DNA of 64,000 nt, from positions 320,001 to 384,000 of the forward strand of contig CAWCYI010000004.1 in assembly GCA_963799845.1 (NCBI GenBank). Reading direction: 5' to 3'. Of this stretch, positions 59,235 to 64,000 are shown in pieces (positions within the stretch are counted from its first letter, which is position 1; the number at the start of each line of letters is the position of its first letter). The notes under the pieces were generated by a model. That model was not told the origin of the DNA, did no database searches, and saw only the letters and a list, made by a program, of their open reading frames with translations. This stretch comes from an uncultured Nitrososphaerota archaeon. GTDB taxonomy: Archaea > Thermoproteota > Nitrososphaeria > Nitrososphaerales > CADDZS01. Position numbers and translations under genes: made by a program.

Positions 59235-60315
59235 AATCAACTTCTCCAGAAGCCGAGATAAGTGCTCCATCGTTTTGGGAGACGACCTTTTAGATGAGCT
59301 GGATCTAGAGCTCTTTTCCGGTGCTAGCTCGGTTGCAGTAATCAGCGACGATATCGTGGCTAAACTCTATTCTGTAAAGCTGCTGGATCGCATGTCTGGG
59401 GCAGTAAAAACTCATCTCATAACTTTCCAACATGGAGAGAGAAACAAAAACTTGGCGACCGTCGAAAAGATCACAAAGACAATGAGCGCACTAGGCCTAG
59501 ATCGCAAGAGCATAGTTTTGGCTTTAGGAGGAGGAGTCGTTGGCGACCTCACCGGTTTCGTTGCTTCGATATACAAGAGGGGGATCAAATATTTTCAAGT
59601 GCCTACCACTCTTCTCGCTCAAGTGGATAGTAGCATCGGAGGAAAGTGTGGAGTCGATACGGGGTGGGGGAAAAACCAGTTGGGATCGTTTTATCAGCCC
59701 ACGGCGGTTCTAATCGACAAATCAACACTGGACTCCCTTCCGGAGCGCGAGATGATTAATGGACTGGGAGAGATGATAAAGTCCGGAATTATAGCAAACA
59801 GCGCCCTGTTCAAATCAATCGAGTCCGCTAAAGAATACTCCATCCAGAAATTAAAACCGCTGATTGGAGACACCTGTAAGATCAAGGCAAAGATTGTTGA
59901 AGCTGACGAACGGGAGTCCAATCTTAGAAATGTGTTAAATTATGGTCACACAATTGGACACGGGCTAGAATCCTCATCGGGATACAGGCTCTCTCATGGG
60001 AAATCTATAATTCTAGGAATGAGTTGCGAGGGCTGGATCGCGCGCGAGTTAGGAATATTTGATCCAAAAGATTACGATCGACAGAACAACTTACTCAAAG
60101 GAATAAGAAATCGATTCAAAGTTGGAACTCGATTCGACCCAAAAGCTGTCCTCTCGTTTGCACTACTAGATAAGAAGAATGTCGGAGGGGTGGTGAATAT
60201 GAGCCTGCCCCAAAAGATCGGCCGCATGCATTCAACTGGTGGTAAATATGCGACGCCGGTTTCGAAGAGCCTTCTTTTGAAATCTTTGGAAAATTTGCGG
60301 AATGGTGTGGATTGA
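59215..60315 (+). CDS. aroB: 3-dehydroquinate synthase (classical type)
   Basis: GE..K, GGGVVGD..GF, PTTLLAQVDSSIGGK, KN..G.F..P, LNYGHTIGH. Confidence 0.96.
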   Translation: MAPSTLEINFSRSRDKCSIVLGDDLLDELDLELFSGASSVAVISDDIVAKLYSVKLLDRMSGAVKTHLITFQHGERNKNLATVEKITKTMSALGLDRKSIVLALGGGVVGDLTGFVASIYKRGIKYFQVPTTLLAQVDSSIGGKCGVDTGWGKNQLGSFYQPTAVLIDKSTLDSLPEREMINGLGEMIKSGIIANSALFKSIESAKEYSIQKLKPLIGDTCKIKAKIVEADERESNLRNVLNYGHTIGHGLESSSGYRLSHGKSIILGMSCEGWIARELGIFDPKDYDRQNNLLKGIRNRFKVGTRFDPKAVLSFALLDKKNVGGVVNMSLPQKIGRMHSTGGKYATPVSKSLLLKSLENLRNGVD

Positions 60316-61241
60316 TGCCCCTTCAGAAATCAATCTGTTTAACGCATTCAGCAATCTCAGTTGTTAGCGCGTTTGCTTCCGGTAAGGGAGCTGCGATAGG
60401 AATTGGAATTCCTTGCAGGGTCAGTGCTGAACTCAAGGATCGCGATATAGGAAATAGATCATTGGCTATCAGAATTGTCGGAAAAATTTCCGATCCTCAC
60501 GACCTGGTTCGTAAATCTGTGAGCTCTACTATGGATTATCTCAAGGTTGCGATCCCAAGCTCGCAACAACTAGTCATAGACATAGATTCCAAAATCCCTG
60601 TCGCAGTGGGACTAAAGAGTTCCAGCGCGGTATCCGTTGCGGTCGTGAAGGCGGTGTTCGAACTATTTTCCGAAGGCCAAACGCGAGACAAAACATTGGA
60701 GATTTTGCGTCTGAGTAGCAAAGCTTCAAAACGATCAGGAGCATCTTTGACTGGGGCTTTTGATGATGCAGCTGCAAGCCTTCTCGGGGGGCTTGCTTTC
60801 TCCGATAACACAAAGTTCAGACTACTAGGACATGAACCAATAGGCGAGGACTATGGATCAATTGTTAAGATCCTCGTTCCGGTGAGAAGGAAGAAGCTCA
60901 CGAGTAGCATGAACCTTTCGATGTACCAGAATTACAGAGAGATGAGTTCAGAGGCGTTCAAGTTCGCTCTCGACGGCGTTTTGGTACAGGCGATGCTTCT
61001 GAATTCAATAATCCACTCTCTTGTGCACCACTACTCGATGAGGCCCGTGGTTTCCTCTATCTCCGAGGGGGCTACCGCATCCGGAATATCGGGCAAAGGG
61101 CCGGCAGTAGCTGCGATCTTCAGAAGCTCAAAAATTGCCAACCGGGTTGCTCGCCGTTGGCTCGAAGAGAACCAAGATTGTAAGGTAATCACTTCATCAA
61201 TCATTCAGCCCTCAAACCAATTTGGAAAACGAGTAAAATGA
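60312..61241 (+). CDS. aroK: Archaeal GHMP-type shikimate kinase
   Basis: SKIPVAVGLKSSSA, TGAFDDA.AS.LGG, GISGKGPA. Confidence 0.93.
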   Translation: MMPLQKSICLTHSAISVVSAFASGKGAAIGIGIPCRVSAELKDRDIGNRSLAIRIVGKISDPHDLVRKSVSSTMDYLKVAIPSSQQLVIDIDSKIPVAVGLKSSSAVSVAVVKAVFELFSEGQTRDKTLEILRLSSKASKRSGASLTGAFDDAAASLLGGLAFSDNTKFRLLGHEPIGEDYGSIVKILVPVRRKKLTSSMNLSMYQNYREMSSEAFKFALDGVLVQAMLLNSIIHSLVHHYSMRPVVSSISEGATASGISGKGPAVAAIFRSSKIANRVARRWLEENQDCKVITSSIIQPSNQFGKRVK

Positions 61242-62632
61242 CCGAAAAGGTGTTAAGAATCTCCGGGCGTCCCAAAAAGTTTTCCGGGTCTGTGAGCTTG
61301 CCCCCAAGCAAGAGCTATCTTCATCGCGCATTGTTTGTGTCGGCGATTGTCTCGAGTGAATCAAGGATAATCAATTGCGGGGCGATCTATAACGAGGATA
61401 CTCAAGCCTCGATGAGTGCCCTAAAGTTATTAGGGACGAGAATTATTCAGTCTAGTCTCTCCGGGGGAGGATTTACGGTCATACCTGGATTGACGCGAAG
61501 GCCAAACATTCAACTTGACGCGAGGGGATCGGGCACTACCGCAAGATTTCTCATTCCCTTTGTGGCGCTTTCCCGAGTAGGAACAAGCGTGACAATAGTT
61601 GGCAATGAATCGCTATCACAGAGACCTATGGATTCGATTTTTGAGCCGCTTTCGAGGTTGGGAGTAAACTGTCGGTCCATAAACGACGACGGGAAGCTCC
61701 CTGTAGTCGTTGAAGGAGGTGGAATCAAGGGAGGTACTTGCGAAATAGATGGCTCTATTTCGTCTCAGTTTGTCTCGTCACTGCTGATATCTTGTGTTAG
61801 AGCAGAGAAAGATACCGTTCTGTCCATTAAAGATCCTAGTAATCAGGTCTCGAAACCGTATATTGAAGCAACACTAAGGGTGTTGGCTTCGTTCGGATTT
61901 AGGATTAAGGTAAGAAGATCGAGAGCTGATGGATTTTGCGCGTTCAAAATCCCGAGTGATCAGATTGTTGAAGGGAAAGAATTCAGGGTACCAGGAGACT
62001 TGAGCAGCGCTGCTGCGTTGATAGGCGCGACAATTGCAGCAAAGGGGACAATTAGGATTTCAAACGCGGGTTTCAAGGGTTTTCCCCAGTCCGATTCCGA
62101 GATTGTTCCAATCGCGAGAAAATTTGGTGCAAAGATTCGGTCTAAACGCAATATTCTGTCAATCAAGTGGTCGAACAAGCGCTTATCCAAGCCTGTGACG
62201 TTAGACCTCAAGGATGCGCCGGACCTTGTTCCAATTATCGCTGGACTGGCGGCTGCGACCGGGAGACGACTCCATATCTCTAATATCGGCCACCTTCGCT
62301 TCAAGGAAAGCGACCGCATTGGGGTACTGTCACGTGAGCTCTTGAAAATAGGCGTTCCAACGAGAGAAACAAAATCAACCCTGAGTATAATGAATTCGAA
62401 TCACGCTGACTCAAGTAAAGTCGTTAAGATTGATCCTGCAAATGACCACAGGATGCTTATGGCTTTGACAATAGCAGGCCTTTCTGGAAGTTTCGGGGTG
62501 CTTCTAATTCAAGATCCTGATTGCGTACGAAAGTCCTATCCGTCTTTCGTCAGCGATATCCAAAAATTATGTCATGAAATGTCCACAGTCAGAATCATAA
62601 GTCTGCCCGAAGAAAGTAAAGTGAAAAATTGA
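61238..62632 (+). CDS. aroA: EPSP synthase
   Basis: PPSKSYLHRA, SGTTARF, SSQFVS, PGDLSSA, LRFKESDRI, DHRM, KSYP.F. Confidence 0.96.
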   Translation: MTEKVLRISGRPKKFSGSVSLPPSKSYLHRALFVSAIVSSESRIINCGAIYNEDTQASMSALKLLGTRIIQSSLSGGGFTVIPGLTRRPNIQLDARGSGTTARFLIPFVALSRVGTSVTIVGNESLSQRPMDSIFEPLSRLGVNCRSINDDGKLPVVVEGGGIKGGTCEIDGSISSQFVSSLLISCVRAEKDTVLSIKDPSNQVSKPYIEATLRVLASFGFRIKVRRSRADGFCAFKIPSDQIVEGKEFRVPGDLSSAAALIGATIAAKGTIRISNAGFKGFPQSDSEIVPIARKFGAKIRSKRNILSIKWSNKRLSKPVTLDLKDAPDLVPIIAGLAAATGRRLHISNIGHLRFKESDRIGVLSRELLKIGVPTRETKSTLSIMNSNHADSSKVVKIDPANDHRMLMALTIAGLSGSFGVLLIQDPDCVRKSYPSFVSDIQKLCHEMSTVRIISLPEESKVKN

Positions 62633-63738
62633 GCCTCCCCAATACCATCGGAAGTAGTTTTGCCTTCGCCTGCTTTGGCGAGAGTCATGGAAAATGCATT
62701 GGAGTAGTGATCGACGGGTGTCCAGCGGGTTTGGAGTTGTCGGAATCCGACATTCAAAAACTCGTAGACCTAAGAAAACCTGGGCAATCGATAGTGACTA
62801 CACAGCGGAAAGAACAGGACAAGGTAGAAATTCTCTCAGGCGTTTTCATGAACAAAACGACTGGTGCTCCGATTTGTCTTCTAATCTGGAATTCCGACCA
62901 ACGAAGCTCCGATTATGACAAGTTCATAAATATCCCGCGACCTGGGCACGCAGACTATCCAGCGTTCGTAAAATATTCGAAGCTGAATGATTATCGGGGA
63001 GGGGGTAGATTCTCAGGGAGGATTACTGCGGGATTCGTCATGGCAGGATCCATTGCCCTAAAATTGTTGGAAAATTCTTTAGGTGTGAGGATTATCGCAT
63101 TTACCGAAGAACTAGGAGGTATAAAGGCCGATGTTTCGAACCTCTCGTTCGAAGAAATAGCGAAGAACCGCTACACCAATGAAGTAAGATGTCCGGATCA
63201 ACTCATAGCCGAAAAAATGAAGGAGTTGATCGTTCGAGAAAGGGGATCTGGAGATTCTTTGGGAGGAATAGTCGAATGCAACATTGTCAATGTTCCTGTG
63301 GGTCTGGGCGAGCCAATTTTTTCGTCGATCGAATCCGAAATGGCTCGATCGATTTTTTCCATTCCAGCAGTCAAAGGCATCGAATTCGGCTCCGGCTTTT
63401 CCGGTTCCAAAAAGAAAGGCACTGTAAACAACGATGTTTATTCGAAATCCAGCGATGGCAAGATAATAACGAAGACAAACAACTCAGGAGGAGTTCTTGG
63501 CGGCCTTTCGACGGGCATGCCAATCGTTTTTCGAGTCGCCTTCAAACCGGCTTCGTCCATTGCATCTCCCCAGCAAACTCTTGATTTTTCTACCATGGAG
63601 GAAAAGGAGTTAGCGGTTCCGGGCAGGCACGATCCAACCGTGGTTCCTAGGGCTGTTCCCGTGGTTGAGTGCATGGCCGCCTGCGTAATCGCTGATCTAG
63701 CAATCAAAGGTGGCTACATTCCTAGAGTTCTGAACTAG
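62629..63738 (+). CDS. aroC: Chorismate synthase
   Basis: FGESHG, RPGHAD, RGGGRFSGR, IPAVKGIEFG, NNSGG.LGG, GRHDP. Confidence 0.97.
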   Translation: MSLPNTIGSSFAFACFGESHGKCIGVVIDGCPAGLELSESDIQKLVDLRKPGQSIVTTQRKEQDKVEILSGVFMNKTTGAPICLLIWNSDQRSSDYDKFINIPRPGHADYPAFVKYSKLNDYRGGGRFSGRITAGFVMAGSIALKLLENSLGVRIIAFTEELGGIKADVSNLSFEEIAKNRYTNEVRCPDQLIAEKMKELIVRERGSGDSLGGIVECNIVNVPVGLGEPIFSSIESEMARSIFSIPAVKGIEFGSGFSGSKKKGTVNNDVYSKSSDGKIITKTNNSGGVLGGLSTGMPIVFRVAFKPASSIASPQQTLDFSTMEEKELAVPGRHDPTVVPRAVPVVECMAACVIADLAIKGGYIPRVLN

Positions 63739-63795
63739 CCTCTTTTCATTCGGTAAAAAGTAGTCTTTAGCTTGAAGCGAAAGAAAGTTCTGACA

Positions 63796-64000
63796 ATGAA
63801 AGAACAAACTCTGGAAAGTCAAAGGGAAGAAATTCAGAGCATTACAAAGTCGATTCTGGATCTCGCGTTAGTGAGACAAGCTGTCTCTATAGAAATCGCA
63901 AACACTAAGAAATCCTTGGGCCAGAAAATTGAGAATCCTGAAGTCGAAAAAAAACTAATCGCCCTTTCGACCGAGTATGCGAAATCGATTGGTCTGAATG
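63796..64000 (+). CDS. Chorismate mutase (AroQ-type) domain, 5' part, runs off the window
   Basis: MKEQTLESQREEIQSITKSILDL...R......IA..K...G..I.NPEVE; follows aroC. Confidence 0.7.
   Translation, partial: MKEQTLESQREEIQSITKSILDLALVRQAVSIEIANTKKSLGQKIENPEVEKKLIALSTEYAKSIGLN

Overview
Archaeal chromosomal DNA. It has a GHMP-type shikimate kinase, a long Hef helicase-nuclease, Lrp/AsnC and wHTH regulators, TATA-like boxes and many TTG starts. The gene content suggests a heterotrophic, non-ammonia-oxidising Nitrososphaerota/Thaumarchaeota-like lineage (inference). The window holds about 70 CDS, mostly housekeeping, stress and redox genes: CBS, USP and Hsp20 proteins, a Rieske/cytochrome b operon led by a membrane-anchored beta-helix protein, CoA transferase, PPK2, a GMC oxidoreductase cluster, a sulfite-oxidase-family molybdoenzyme, GlgP, CyoE, Tmk, Hef, IlvE, HflX and an aro operon. 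One intact IS630 is present; no rRNA, tRNA or CRISPR array was seen. Four observations stand out. (1) Nine net +1 frame breaks occur in eight otherwise intact genes, and eight of the nine lie in or beside AGCT, which suggests base-calling errors at a modified AGCT motif. (2) A non-coding region near 47.1 kb has six AGCT sites phased about 10 bp apart plus palindromes, a candidate methylation-controlled origin or protein-binding site. (3) The complex III-like operon lacks cytochrome c, and its cytochrome b has Lys where the fourth heme-ligating His is expected. (4) A Phe/Tyr-containing micro-ORF and an RBS-occluding hairpin lie upstream of the aro operon.
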